Assembly (NCBI GenBank): GCA_027027005.1
Contig: JALVMN010000375.1
Coordinates: 1 to 62,924, forward strand
DNA: 62,924 nucleotides
Direction of reading: 5' to 3'
From: Desulfobacterales bacterium
GTDB lineage: Bacteria > Desulfobacterota > DSM-4660 > Desulfatiglandales > Desulfatiglandaceae
Under the pieces are notes generated by a model. That model did no database searches and was not told the origin of the DNA. It worked only from the letters and a program-made list of their open reading frames with translations. The number at the start of each line of letters is the position of its first letter. Within the stretch, counting starts at the first letter, position 1. Shown one piece after another: positions 9,155 to 18,956 of this stretch. The translations under genes were made by a program, and so were the position numbers.

Positions 9155-9903
9155 TAAACTTGGAGGGGATTCACTTTGCATACCCAGGGGGCAGGGTGGT
9201 ATTTGAGGGCCTTGATTTCCAATTGCGCGAAGGGGAAAAGGTGGGCCTCATCGGGCCCAATGGGAGCGGAAAGACCACTCTTTTTCAGATCATCATGGGG
9301 CTCCTGAAGCCAACGGCAGGCAGCATCGAGATCTTCGGCCGCCCCATGAGGGATGAAAAGGACTTTCGGACAATAAGGCAAAAGATCGGCCTCCTGTTCC
9401 AGGACCCCGACGACCAACTGTTCAGTCCCACTGTGCTTGAAGATGTGGCTTTTGGCCCCCTTAACCAGGGAAAGAGCATGGAAGAGGCCAAGGAGATAGC
9501 CCGCCAAACCCTTGCCTCACTGGGATTGGCAGGCTTTGAAGAACGGATCACTTACAAGCTTTCGGGGGGTGAGAAGCGGCTGGTTTCTCTTGCCACGGTT
9601 CTTGCCATGCAACCCAGGGTGCTGCTCCTGGACGAACCCACCACCGGCCTGGATATGGAGACCACTGAGAGACTGGTGGAGATCCTCAACGGTCTTGATC
9701 TTTCCTATGTGTTCATATCGCACGACATGGATTTCATCCTTCAGACCACCGACAAGGTCTTTGGCATGCTCAAAGGCCGGATTGTCTCAGAGGAGGAGGC
9801 GGTCCCTCATACCCATTACCATGTCCATGGGTTCGGTCGCCTTCCCCACAGTCATTCCAGGACCCAGGGGATTCCTCTTGGTGAGGCTGATCATGATCAT
9901 TGA
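9133..9903 (+). CDS. cbiO: ECF/cobalt-type transporter ATPase with a His-rich C-terminal tail
   Basis: Walker A GPNGSGKTT, signature LSGGEKR, Walker B LLLDEPT. ATG at 9133 gives the usual N-terminus (MDQNSILINLEGIHFAY). The tail reads HTHYHVHGFGRLPHSHSRTQGIPLGEADHDH. Confidence 0.8.
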   Translation: MDQNSILINLEGIHFAYPGGRVVFEGLDFQLREGEKVGLIGPNGSGKTTLFQIIMGLLKPTAGSIEIFGRPMRDEKDFRTIRQKIGLLFQDPDDQLFSPTVLEDVAFGPLNQGKSMEEAKEIARQTLASLGLAGFEERITYKLSGGEKRLVSLATVLAMQPRVLLLDEPTTGLDMETTERLVEILNGLDLSYVFISHDMDFILQTTDKVFGMLKGRIVSEEEAVPHTHYHVHGFGRLPHSHSRTQGIPLGEADHDH

Positions 9904-9960
9904 GAATTGCTGCCGGCGGCGATTGTGAGGTGGAAGACTGGGATGAAAAGAATAATAAAG

Positions 9961-10182
9961 ATGAGACAGATGGAAAAAAACCAGAAGGGAGTGGTGCGCA
10001 AGGTCTCGGCCTCTGGCGACATGGGCAGAAGGATCAGGGAGATGGGGATAGTGCCGGGTGTGGAGATAAGGGTCCAGGGCCGGGCACCCCTGAAAGACCC
10101 GGTGGCAGTGAAGATAAAAGACTATGTCCTTACCCTCAGAAACAACGAGGCCAGCTTTATTTTCGTGGAAGTGGAAGATTGA
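9961..10182 (+). CDS. feoA: Ferrous iron transport protein A
   Basis: 73-aa SH3-like FeoA pattern (GVVRKV...RRIREMGIVPGVEIRV...). The start could also be the ATG at 9943. Confidence 0.8.
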   Translation: MRQMEKNQKGVVRKVSASGDMGRRIREMGIVPGVEIRVQGRAPLKDPVAVKIKDYVLTLRNNEASFIFVEVED

Positions 10183-10195
10183 CACTAAGTTAGGA

Positions 10196-12577
10196 ATGAA
10201 GAAAAAGATCACAATAGCCCTTTCGGGCAATCCCAATGCGGGTAAGACCACGGTCTTCAATGCCCTTACCGGCGCACACCAGCATATTGCCAACTACCCA
10301 GGAGTGACGGTTGAAAAGAAGTGCGGCACCACATACCACAAGGGGATTGAGATAGAGGTGGTTGACCTCCCGGGCACCTATTCCCTGACTGCATATTCCC
10401 TGGAAGAGATAGTGGCCAGGGATTTCCTGGTGCGAGAGCGACCCGATCTGGTGGTTGACATCGTTGATGCCTCCAACCTGGACCGCAACCTTTATCTGGC
10501 AGTCCAGCTCATGGAACTTGGCGCCCCACTAATCATTGCCCTCAATATGATGGATGTTGCCGAAGCGCGCGGCATCCAGGTGGACGCCGACAGGCTTTCG
10601 CAACTTTTGGGTGTTCCGGTGGTGCCCATGGTGGCAAGGAGCAACAAGGGGATCCAGGAACTCCTGGAAAAGGTGGCCGAGGCGGGGCAAGACGGCACCA
10701 GGTGGAGGCCGGTGAAGATCTCCTATGGTATGGACATTGATCAGGCCCTGGAAAAGATCCAAGAGATCATAGAGGCCAATGGGGTGCTGACAGACACATA
10801 CCCACCTCGATGGGTGGCACTGAAATGCCTGGAGGGAGACAGCCAGATCTTGGATTTTCTGGATCAATACCCTGAGGCAAGCTCCAGGATAAAAGAGATC
10901 TGCCAGCAAACGGCAAAGCACACCCTCGATACCCTAGAAGAAGACCCAGAAGGGATCATAGCGGATCACCGCTACGGCTACATAACGGGCATCACAAAAA
11001 AGGTTGTCAAGAGGCGCATAGAATCACGCCTCAACCTTTCCGACCAGATTGACAGGGTGCTCACAAACCGGGCCTTGGGCCCCTTGCTGATGGTGCTCAT
11101 CCTCTATGGGATCTATTCATTCACCTTTTGGGCCAGCGAGGTGCCCCTGGCATGGGTTGAGAGGTTCTTTGAACTGCTAAAAGAGACGATGGAGACCACA
11201 ATCCCCCAAGGCCCACTCCAGTCATTGCTGGTCTCAGGGGTTATAGACGGTGTGGGTGGAGTCTTGGGATTCGTTCCCTTGATAATGTTCATGTTTTTTG
11301 CCATAGCCATCCTGGAGGATTCTGGTTACATGGCCCGGGTGGCTTACATGATGGACCGGGTGCTTCGTTGGTTCGGGCTTCATGGAAGCTCTGTGATCGC
11401 CCTTATCGTGAGCGGGGGGATCTCGGGGGGGTGTGCGGTCCCTGGGGTGCTTGCAACCCGCACCCTTCGTGACCCAAAGGAACGCATAGCCACCCTGTTG
11501 GTGGTCCCCTTCATGAACTGCGGGGCAAAGCTGCCCGTCTATGCCATGTTGATAGCGGCCTTTTTTGCAAGAGAGCAGGCCAAGATGCTCTTTGTGCTGA
11601 CTATCTTGTCTTGGGCCTTTGCCCTGCTGGGTGCAAAGCTTTTGAGATCCACAGTGCTCAAGGGCCCCAAGACCCCTTTTGTGATGGAGCTCCCCCCATA
11701 TCGCCTACCCACCCTTCGGGGGCTTGCCATACATACCTGGGAGCGGACCTGGCAGTATATCAAGAAGGCTGGGACCATAATCCTTGGATTTTCCATCCTG
11801 TTTTGGGCCATGATGACATACCCTGGCCCTTCACCTGAAGGGCTGAAAACCTTTGACCAGAAAAGGCAGAAGATCACAGAACAACTCCTTGCCTCTCCCC
11901 CTTTTAATACCCTGGTCCAAGACCGGGCCGGCTTGAGGCGGCTCGAGACCCTTTATGCCGAGTATTCAAGGGGTATGGACAAAGGGGGTGAAGAAGTCCT
12001 TCAGAAAATTTCCAGGGAAAAACTATTTCCCCTGGTAGAAGCCGCCTATATCCTGGAAAGCGGTGAAAGGTGGGCAGAAGAGAGAAAGTCCAGCACCATG
12101 GAGGCTGCCCGCACCTATGTAAAATACAGAAAACAGTTGAGGGCCCTTTCATTGGAGCGGCAGCGGTTCATTCTCCAGAGCACTGTTGCGGGCTGGCTGG
12201 GTGCAAGGCTTGAGGCAATCACCAGGCCTCTGGGGTTTGACTATAGGGTGAACATAGCGCTGGTGGGAGGATTTGCAGCCAAGGAGGTGGTGATCTCCAC
12301 ACTTGGAACCGCTTATTCACTGGGCCAGATTGATGAAGACTCTTCTGCCTCCCTTTCTGCCAGGATTAAGGAGGACCCCACATGGAATCCCCTTCAGGCC
12401 TTTGTGTTCCTCATATTCACCATGCTTTATGTGCCCTGCCTCCCCACTGTAATAAGCATAAAAAAAGAGAGTTCGTGGGGCTGGGCCGCCTTTTCCATAG
12501 GATTCAACTTGCTGGTGGCCTACTTTGTGGCCCTGGGGATCAAGCAGGGAGGGACTCTTTTAGGCCTGGCTGGATAG
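10196..12577 (+). CDS. feoB: Ferrous iron transporter B
   Basis: G-protein N-terminus MKKKITIALSGNPNAGKTTVFNALTG and DLPGTYSL, followed by a polytopic permease domain. ATG at 10196. Confidence 0.9.
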   Translation: MKKKITIALSGNPNAGKTTVFNALTGAHQHIANYPGVTVEKKCGTTYHKGIEIEVVDLPGTYSLTAYSLEEIVARDFLVRERPDLVVDIVDASNLDRNLYLAVQLMELGAPLIIALNMMDVAEARGIQVDADRLSQLLGVPVVPMVARSNKGIQELLEKVAEAGQDGTRWRPVKISYGMDIDQALEKIQEIIEANGVLTDTYPPRWVALKCLEGDSQILDFLDQYPEASSRIKEICQQTAKHTLDTLEEDPEGIIADHRYGYITGITKKVVKRRIESRLNLSDQIDRVLTNRALGPLLMVLILYGIYSFTFWASEVPLAWVERFFELLKETMETTIPQGPLQSLLVSGVIDGVGGVLGFVPLIMFMFFAIAILEDSGYMARVAYMMDRVLRWFGLHGSSVIALIVSGGISGGCAVPGVLATRTLRDPKERIATLLVVPFMNCGAKLPVYAMLIAAFFAREQAKMLFVLTILSWAFALLGAKLLRSTVLKGPKTPFVMELPPYRLPTLRGLAIHTWERTWQYIKKAGTIILGFSILFWAMMTYPGPSPEGLKTFDQKRQKITEQLLASPPFNTLVQDRAGLRRLETLYAEYSRGMDKGGEEVLQKISREKLFPLVEAAYILESGERWAEERKSSTMEAARTYVKYRKQLRALSLERQRFILQSTVAGWLGARLEAITRPLGFDYRVNIALVGGFAAKEVVISTLGTAYSLGQIDEDSSASLSARIKEDPTWNPLQAFVFLIFTMLYVPCLPTVISIKKESSWGWAAFSIGFNLLVAYFVALGIKQGGTLLGLAG

Positions 12578-13541
12578 GCTCAAGGCCCAGGTGCTCCAGC
12601 ATCTCCAAGTCTTTTTCCATGGTTCGCCCTTCAGTGGTCAAGTAATTGCCCGTCATTATTCCGCTTGCCCCGGCAAAGAACACCAAGGGATGAAGTTCCT
12701 TGAGATTGGCCTCCCTGCCGCCGCAGATAATTATCTCCTTTTGAGGGAGCACGAAGCGGAAAAGTGCAATTATCTTAAGGCACCTTAGGGGGGTCAGGTA
12801 ACCGGCGCCCTCCATTTTGGTGCCCTGGATGGGCGTCAAGAAATTTATGGGAACGGCATCAACATCGAGGGTCTTGAGGGTCAAGGCCAGTTCAAGGACC
12901 TGGAGGTCACTCTCTCCCATTCCAAAAAGCCCACCTGAACAGACAGAAAGGCCGATATCTTTGGCGGCCTTGACTGTTCCCACCCTCTCATCAAAGGAGT
13001 GGGTGGTGCAGATGTGGGGATAGTGGCTCTTGGCGGTTTCAAGGTTGTGGTGGTAGCGTGTAACGCCGGCCTCCTTTAAAGTCTTGAGGTCTTGGGGGCC
13101 CAAGGTGCCAAGGGATGCGCAATAGTTGATTCCATCGGCCCCGCAGGCAGCCAGAGTCTCACCCACTATCTTGACCTCGTTTTTGGGAAGGCGCTTTCCG
13201 CTGGTAACCACGGAAAACCTTGCAACGGCCCCATTCTTGGCATGCTGGGCCCCTTGTTTGATTATGTCCGGGTCAAGGGGATAGACTGGTATCTGGGCTT
13301 TGGCGAATGCAGACTGGGAGCAAAAGGCACAATCCTCTGAGCATTTCCCTGACTTGGCATTACAGATGGTGCAAAGCTGCACCCTGTTTCCAAAGAAGGC
13401 GTTTCTCAATGTGCTGGCCCCTGCCATGAGGTCAAACACCTCATGGTCAGGTGTGTGGGCGATGCGGGCCAGGGTGTCTTGGTCAGGTTCTCTTCCTTCC
13501 AGTATTCTCTCTGCCAGTTGAATAGCTTCCTTTTTGTCCAT
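12540..13541 (-). CDS. bioB: Biotin synthase (radical SAM)
   Basis: CSEDCAFCSQS radical-SAM triad and YHHNLET block. The 3' end overlaps the feoB 3' end by 38 nt (convergent). Confidence 0.9.
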   Translation of the reverse strand: MDKKEAIQLAERILEGREPDQDTLARIAHTPDHEVFDLMAGASTLRNAFFGNRVQLCTICNAKSGKCSEDCAFCSQSAFAKAQIPVYPLDPDIIKQGAQHAKNGAVARFSVVTSGKRLPKNEVKIVGETLAACGADGINYCASLGTLGPQDLKTLKEAGVTRYHHNLETAKSHYPHICTTHSFDERVGTVKAAKDIGLSVCSGGLFGMGESDLQVLELALTLKTLDVDAVPINFLTPIQGTKMEGAGYLTPLRCLKIIALFRFVLPQKEIIICGGREANLKELHPLVFFAGASGIMTGNYLTTEGRTMEKDLEMLEHLGLEPIQPGLKESLPA

Positions 13542-13771
13542 AGTGTGATTTACCTCTCTTCAGAGTTAGCATATTCCCCTAAGGACTGAACATGATACCT
13601 GAAGTAGAATGGCTATGCAAACAGTAGGGTTTTTTCTTTCCAAGCCCCTTTTATGGCATTGAAGCCTCTTTAGCATTTTTTACTCAGAGGCAAAAGCCCC
13701 AGGCAAGGCTCCCCATTCTTTTGGATCCAAAAGGACTAGGAAGTATGGGCGAGGTTTGTTAAAAAGAGGGC

Positions 13772-14935
13772 ATGAAAGAGGACGGCCCCCTGAAAGATTT
13801 CCACCACCAAGTAGATTCCTTCAGCACTATTTCGCGCAAGGGCTATCTCCTGAGGCAAAAGGCCGCTGGCCGGGCCGTCATGGGGGTGTTTCCGGGCAAT
13901 TATCCCAAAGAGATCCTGTGGGCCTTGGGCATATTGCCTGCAGAGATTTGGGACCCACCGCTTGAGATCACCAAGGCCTCTGCTCATTTGCAGCCATACG
14001 TCTGTTCAGTGGTAAGGAGTGCAATGGAGCTGGTGGTCCAAGGGAAGTGTGACTTTTTGGATGGTTTCCTGTTTCCGCACACCTGTGACTCTGTGCAGAA
14101 CATGGCCTCAGTCATAAATGATTACCTGGGGCCTTCTGTGCCGTGCCATTTTTTCTATCTCCCCAAGGCACCCTTTTCAGGAGGCGCAAAAAAATACTAT
14201 GAAAAGCAGCTAAGGGGATTGGCAGCCTCGCTGGAAAGAAAGTGGGGCCCCCTAAAGTTAAGCCGACTGAAAGGGGCCATTGAGCTTTCTAACCAGATTA
14301 GTGATCAAATCTGGAGATTATACAAGGCCAGGGAAAAGCAAAGACTCAGGGGGCGGGGGAGAGATTTTTATGAAGTAATCCGAAAAGGTGAATATCTGGC
14401 TCCCGAGGATTTCATAATTGTCTTAAGGAAATACCTTCAAGAGAACACCCAAGAGGAGTCCGGAGATCAAGCGGCAGTTGTGCTGAGCGGAATCCTCTCC
14501 AACCCTTTAGAGCTCATGGACAAGTTGGATGAGCTGGGTGTGGTAGTGGCAGGAGATGACCTTTTCAATACCAGCAGGCGCCTCCTGTCCCAGGCAATAG
14601 ATGCCTCCATTGACCCCTTTGAGGCCTTGGCACAAAGATATTTCCGCCAGCCGCCATGCTCCACCAAAGGGTCCCGGGTTAAAGAGAGGCTGGATTTTCT
14701 GACAGACCTGGTAAAAAAGACAAATGCCAGGGGGATCATCTTTAATGTGGTGAAATTCTGCGAGCCGGAGTTTTTTGATATCCCTTTTTTGGAGAAGGCG
14801 TTCAAGGAGACAGGTATCCCAACCCTGGTGCTTGAAACAGAAGTCAATCAAGGGCTCTCGGGCCAGATGATCACAAGGCTTGAGGCATTTGCAGAACTAT
14901 TGCACTCCGCAAACAAGCAGGGAAGGCTAGATTAA
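13772..14935 (+). CDS. 2-hydroxyacyl-CoA dehydratase / benzoyl-CoA reductase BcrB-BadE-type subunit
   Basis: HGD-D family pattern: PKEILWALGILP near the N-terminus, conserved Cys-containing blocks, KFCEP near the C-terminus. Confidence 0.7.
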   Translation: MKEDGPLKDFHHQVDSFSTISRKGYLLRQKAAGRAVMGVFPGNYPKEILWALGILPAEIWDPPLEITKASAHLQPYVCSVVRSAMELVVQGKCDFLDGFLFPHTCDSVQNMASVINDYLGPSVPCHFFYLPKAPFSGGAKKYYEKQLRGLAASLERKWGPLKLSRLKGAIELSNQISDQIWRLYKAREKQRLRGRGRDFYEVIRKGEYLAPEDFIIVLRKYLQENTQEESGDQAAVVLSGILSNPLELMDKLDELGVVVAGDDLFNTSRRLLSQAIDASIDPFEALAQRYFRQPPCSTKGSRVKERLDFLTDLVKKTNARGIIFNVVKFCEPEFFDIPFLEKAFKETGIPTLVLETEVNQGLSGQMITRLEAFAELLHSANKQGRLD

Positions 14936-14938
14936 CAA

Positions 14939-16303
14939 ATGGGTGTGACAGCCTCCATAAGATATCTCTTGATGAAAGACCTCTTGGCCCCTGGCCTGAT
15001 GAAGTTGCAAAAGGTCAAAAAAAGGAGACGGCCCCTTAGCACAAGCCCTTACCTCGGTCCGCCCCTCAAATGTGCCCCCAGATTGCGAGAGATAATGACC
15101 AGGCATTACTTTCTTGCCCGCTTTGCAAAGGGTGCAATGCCTGTGGCATGGGTAAGCAGTGGAGCACCTGTGGAGTTGTTGAGGGTTTTTGATTTCTACA
15201 CCCTTTATCCAGAAAACCACGGCGCGCTTTGTGGTGCTCAAAAGATGGGGCCTGAAATCTCCCAGGAGGCAGAAAGGGAGGGCTTTTGTCCGGATCTCTG
15301 CTCCTATGCCAGAATCGACCTGGGACATGCCTTTTCAAGAAAGACCCCTGCGGGCCGACTTCCAAGGCCTGATATCCTCTTTTGTTCCAATAATATCTGT
15401 CAGACAGTGCTTTACTGGTTCAAGGAGTTATCCCATTATTGGAATGTCCCACTGATCCTGTTTGATACCCCCTACAACTTCGGAGAACTAAGAAAGGATG
15501 ATATTGATTACATGGTGGCACAGCTGGAAGAGATGATCCCGAAGCTGGAGACCATATCCGGAAAAAGATATTCCGAAGCGCGGCTAAAAGAAATCATCAC
15601 CATTTCCAGGGAATCTGCAAGGCTTTGGGGTAAGGTCCTGGGCACATTGAAGGCACGTCCTGCTCCCATGACCATATTTGACGCCTTTGTACACCTTGCT
15701 CCCATTGTGTCCCTCCGAGGTCTTGGTGTAACAAGGCAGTATTACGAGATCCTCCTCAAAGAACTGGAGGAGAGGGTAAAAAGTGGTATTTCAGCCGTTG
15801 TGAATGAGAGGTGGCGCCTCATGTGGGACAATATTGCCGTGTGGTTCAAGCTGCGTGACTGGTCGCATCTTTTTGCCCAGCGGGGCTGTGCCTTTGTTGC
15901 CGCCACCTATACCAATGCCTGGGCCGAAACCATCCACTATCTTGATCCCTCCAAGCCATTTGAATCCCTGGCAAAAGTTTACAGCCTCGTGATCCTCAAT
16001 AACAACCTCAAACACCGCCTGAACCTCATGAGGCAAATGATCGAGGATTACCAGATTGATGGGCTGGTGCTTCACTCAGACAGGAGCTGCAAGCCCTATT
16101 CCGTGGGTCAATACGATATAAGGCGCCTGCTCTCGTCCGAGCTGGGTGTCAAGACCGTTGTGATTGAAACCGATATGACAGATTTCCGCCACTATTCAGA
16201 AGAACAGGTGCGGACAAGGCTGGAGGCCTTTTTCGAGACCCTGGAAACCCAAAAGACACGGCATTCCCAAGGTGAACTGGCCCCTGTCAAATCTGGTCCT
16301 TAA
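14939..16303 (+). CDS. 2-hydroxyacyl-CoA dehydratase / BcrC-type subunit
   Basis: PVAWVSSGAPVELLRVFDFYTLYPENHGA and LHSDRSCKPYS blocks typical of HGD-D family partners. Lies 3 nt after the previous gene. True start uncertain. Confidence 0.7.
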   Translation: MGVTASIRYLLMKDLLAPGLMKLQKVKKRRRPLSTSPYLGPPLKCAPRLREIMTRHYFLARFAKGAMPVAWVSSGAPVELLRVFDFYTLYPENHGALCGAQKMGPEISQEAEREGFCPDLCSYARIDLGHAFSRKTPAGRLPRPDILFCSNNICQTVLYWFKELSHYWNVPLILFDTPYNFGELRKDDIDYMVAQLEEMIPKLETISGKRYSEARLKEIITISRESARLWGKVLGTLKARPAPMTIFDAFVHLAPIVSLRGLGVTRQYYEILLKELEERVKSGISAVVNERWRLMWDNIAVWFKLRDWSHLFAQRGCAFVAATYTNAWAETIHYLDPSKPFESLAKVYSLVILNNNLKHRLNLMRQMIEDYQIDGLVLHSDRSCKPYSVGQYDIRRLLSSELGVKTVVIETDMTDFRHYSEEQVRTRLEAFFETLETQKTRHSQGELAPVKSGP

Positions 16304-16502
16304 ATTCCAAAATATACCCGGCTAGAAGCATAGAGACCAGCTATCCTCATTCCCCGGGAAATTTTTTTACAGAACTTAGCTCTGCCCAGGCAGTGTTTTG
16401 CTCAAGCCGTAATTGTCCCTCAGCATTGATACCCCCTTTTTCGATACTTCATAATGGCTTGGAAAACTTGATCAATCCTCCAGGCATTAGAGGAGGCCTG
16501 CC

Positions 16503-16898
16503 ATGTCAAGGCTTACATTAAGAACCCGCTACAGGCTGGGGGCTGCCGCAATCCTGCTGGTATTCAGCATACTTCTTTCGGTCATCGCCTATTCCTTCCT
16601 CAGACATCTGGTTACCATCAATGCCTTCAAGGAGACAGAACTCTTTGTGGGGACAGCCAGCGCCATCCGCACATATGTAAAAGAGGTCCTGAGGCCCAAG
16701 ATTTATGAACACGTGGATGCCAACATCTTTTTCCCTGAGGGCATGTCCACTTCATTTGTGAGCAGAAACATAATGGAGAACCTCCAGGACCGGTTTCCCC
16801 ATTTCCATTATAAAAGGGCGGCCCTTTGGCCCAGGAATCCCATGAACAAGGCAGATCCTGATCAACGTCAAGTATTTTTCCCTGTTGGCGACAATTAA
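16503..16898 (+). pseudogene. N-terminal fragment of a DUF3365 (Tll0287-like) sensor protein, truncated at an IS21-family end
   Basis: Signal anchor plus the block STSFVSRNIMENL...KRAALWPRNPMNKAD typical of DUF3365 sensor domains. The reading frame runs into the IS-derived sequence at about 16883 and stops; no transmitter domain follows. Confidence 0.55.
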
Positions 16899-17580
16899 AA
16901 TTCCCGTTTTTCTCTATGAGTATATCTTGTCATATATTCCGCCTTCTATTGTTTCTTAGACCTCTTTGATTGTTCTAGCCTGTAGCTGGGTAAGTTCGTT
17001 TCAAGGATGATGCTGTGATGGACCACCCTGTCTATGGCAGCAGCAGTAGTCATGTGGTCCTTAAAGATCCGATCCCATTTGGAAAAAGGTAAATTGCTAC
17101 TAATCATTACACTGCCCCTGTCGTAGCGGTCTGCGAGCAGGATAAAGAGCACCTCCATCTCTTCTCTGTTTTGTTCCACATAGCCGATATCATTGATTAT
17201 GATGGCATCATACCTTGACAGTTTTTTAAGAACCTGGGGAAGCCTTAGATTCTGCTTTGCAAGGAGGAGTTGTTGGACCAGCAGACTGCAGGGCATAAAA
17301 CGTATCCTGCGGCCCCTGTAGATCAGCTCTTGCCCTATGGCACACAACAGGTGCGTCTTACCACTTCCAGGGTTTCCAAAGGCAAGTACGTTTTCTGCCC
17401 GGTCCAAAAAAGACCCATCTAGTAGGGCATTGACATTGGCCACCACCTTTTAAGGCAACCGTTTCATATCAAAACTTTTGAGATCCTTTTTTAGTGGTAG
17501 TCTCGATTCCTTCAAAAATCTCTGCACTCGCCTGTTAAACCGCTCCTTGCCATTGCAGGGGTACTCCCTCATACACCCAA
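16883..17580 (-). mobile_element. IS21-family remnant (right end plus degraded istB; no istA)
   Basis: IstB helper ATPase ORF 16946..17446 (FGNPGSGKTH Walker A, IIINDIGY Walker B). Upstream in the same frame reads ERFNRRVQRFLKESRLPLKKDLKSFDMKRLP-TAA-KVVANV, giving an in-frame TAA at 17450-17452. N-terminal residues and istA are absent. A TG-initiated terminus-like sequence TGTTGGCGACAATTAAAATT lies at 16883. Confidence 0.65.
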
Positions 17581-17632
17581 GATAGCCAAGTGGACCAGTC
17601 TGGCACAGGCCTTTCCAAAAGGTTGGGAAACA

Positions 17633-18781
17633 GTGGGCACCACCATAGTGCTTTGCATCACCATGTGCGCCCTTACTTTTGTGGGGGCGATTTTCATGAA
17701 AGTGGACCTCAAGCGCTATATCCCGGGGTTCGTAATTATCTTTCTCATAGCCTTTGTCTCCATGGTGGTTTCCAAGCAGGCGTTTATCAAGAAGTGGGGT
17801 ATCTCCTATGTGCTGTTCGCCCTGGTGGTTGGTTTGATAATCAGCAATATCTTCAAGGTTCCGAAGATATTGAAGGCAGCAGGGCTAACAGAGTTTTTCA
17901 TCAAGATCGGCCTGGTTTGCATGGGTGCCACCATCATGTTTTCTGTAGTGCTCAAGGCCGGATTTTATGGAGTGTTGCAGGCCGTGGTGGTTGCCACTGC
18001 GGTGTGGTTCATGACCTACTTTATTTGCCGAAAGTTCGGGCTTACTGAGCGGTTCAGCAGTATTATTGCCACAGCCAATTCCATCTGCGGGGTCTCGGCA
18101 ACCATAGCTGCTGGAGGCGCCATCCAAGGCGATCCCAAGGAGATAAGCTACATGGTGGCCTGGGTGCTGGTGTGTGCCGTGGTGCTCATCGTTGTCATGC
18201 CCCCAATTGCCGCCAGGATCTGTTATGTGGACGGGCAGTTCTCTTAGGCGTGGGCAGGGGCCTGGGTTGGCAGGGTCATTGACAACACAGGCGCGGTGAT
18301 AGCAGCAGGAGAGATGATCAAGGGCGAGGCAGCCGTCAAGGCGGCTGCCATGGTCAAGATGGCCCAGAATGTCATGATGGGGCTTGCCGCCTTTTTCATG
18401 GCGCTATGGGCTACCATTAGCCTTGACAGGCGGGAAGACCCCACGGCAGAAAAGCCCTCCCTCATGGAGGTCTGGTTCAGGTTTCCCAAGTTTGTGGTGG
18501 GCTTCATGGTGGCATCCCTCATCGTCTCATCCCTGGTGGAGCCAGCCATGGGCGCAAAGCCCACCAAGAAGATTGCCAAGGCATGCAAGTCTTACAGGAG
18601 CTGGTTTTTCGCAATATGTTTTCTGTGCATAGGCCTTGAGACCAACTTCAAGGAATTGGTGACCGTGGGTGGCGGAAGGCCTGCCATTGCATACTGGCTC
18701 TCTCAGACAGCCAATGCCTTCTGGACCTTGTTCATTTCATGGCTCATATGGTCTGGGACTTTCTTCCCCTCCCCAGTATAG
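17633..18781 (+). pseudogene. yeiH: YeiH/UPF0324-family membrane protein (putative sulfate-exporter family) interrupted by an in-frame TAG
   Basis: ORFs 17633..18247 and 18296..18781 are in the same frame. TAG at 18245-18247 is followed directly by AWAGAWVGRVIDNTGAVIAAG, the family's conserved GAW.GG.ID.TGAV block. SICGVSATIAAG lies upstream. Confidence 0.6.
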
Positions 18782-18786
18782 GAGAT

Positions 18787-18823
18787 CAGGGCAGGCCCTT
18801 GAAAATTCTAGGGTCCTGCCCTG
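18787..18823 (+). terminator. Strong GC hairpin downstream of yeiH (no clear U-tract)
   Basis: CAGGGCAGGCCCT-tgaaaattct-AGGGTCCTGCCCTG inverted repeat. Confidence 0.4.
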
Positions 18824-18956
18824 CCCACCTCTGGGCCGCAGAAATCATTTGCCCAAATCATGGAAGGGACTTAGTATGTCGCGAAAATGCGGTATTTTTA
18901 AAAATGCGGCCTTGCCTTCTTATTATGCCCCTACTGTCTTTAGGAGGAACATTTAG

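Noticed and set aside
17603-17618. TGGCAC-AGGCC-TTTC upstream of yeiH as a second sigma54 promoter.
   Set aside because: The -12 element lacks the conserved GC (TTTC instead of TTGC), and the site lies at the edge of the IS21 deletion scar. It is probably fortuitous.
18245-18247. The in-frame TAG in yeiH considered as a pyrrolysine codon.
   Set aside because: No pyl genes or other TAG-interrupted genes occur in this window, and the gene adjoins an IS scar. Nonsense mutation or sequence error is the simpler reading. It is kept as a finding to be checked.
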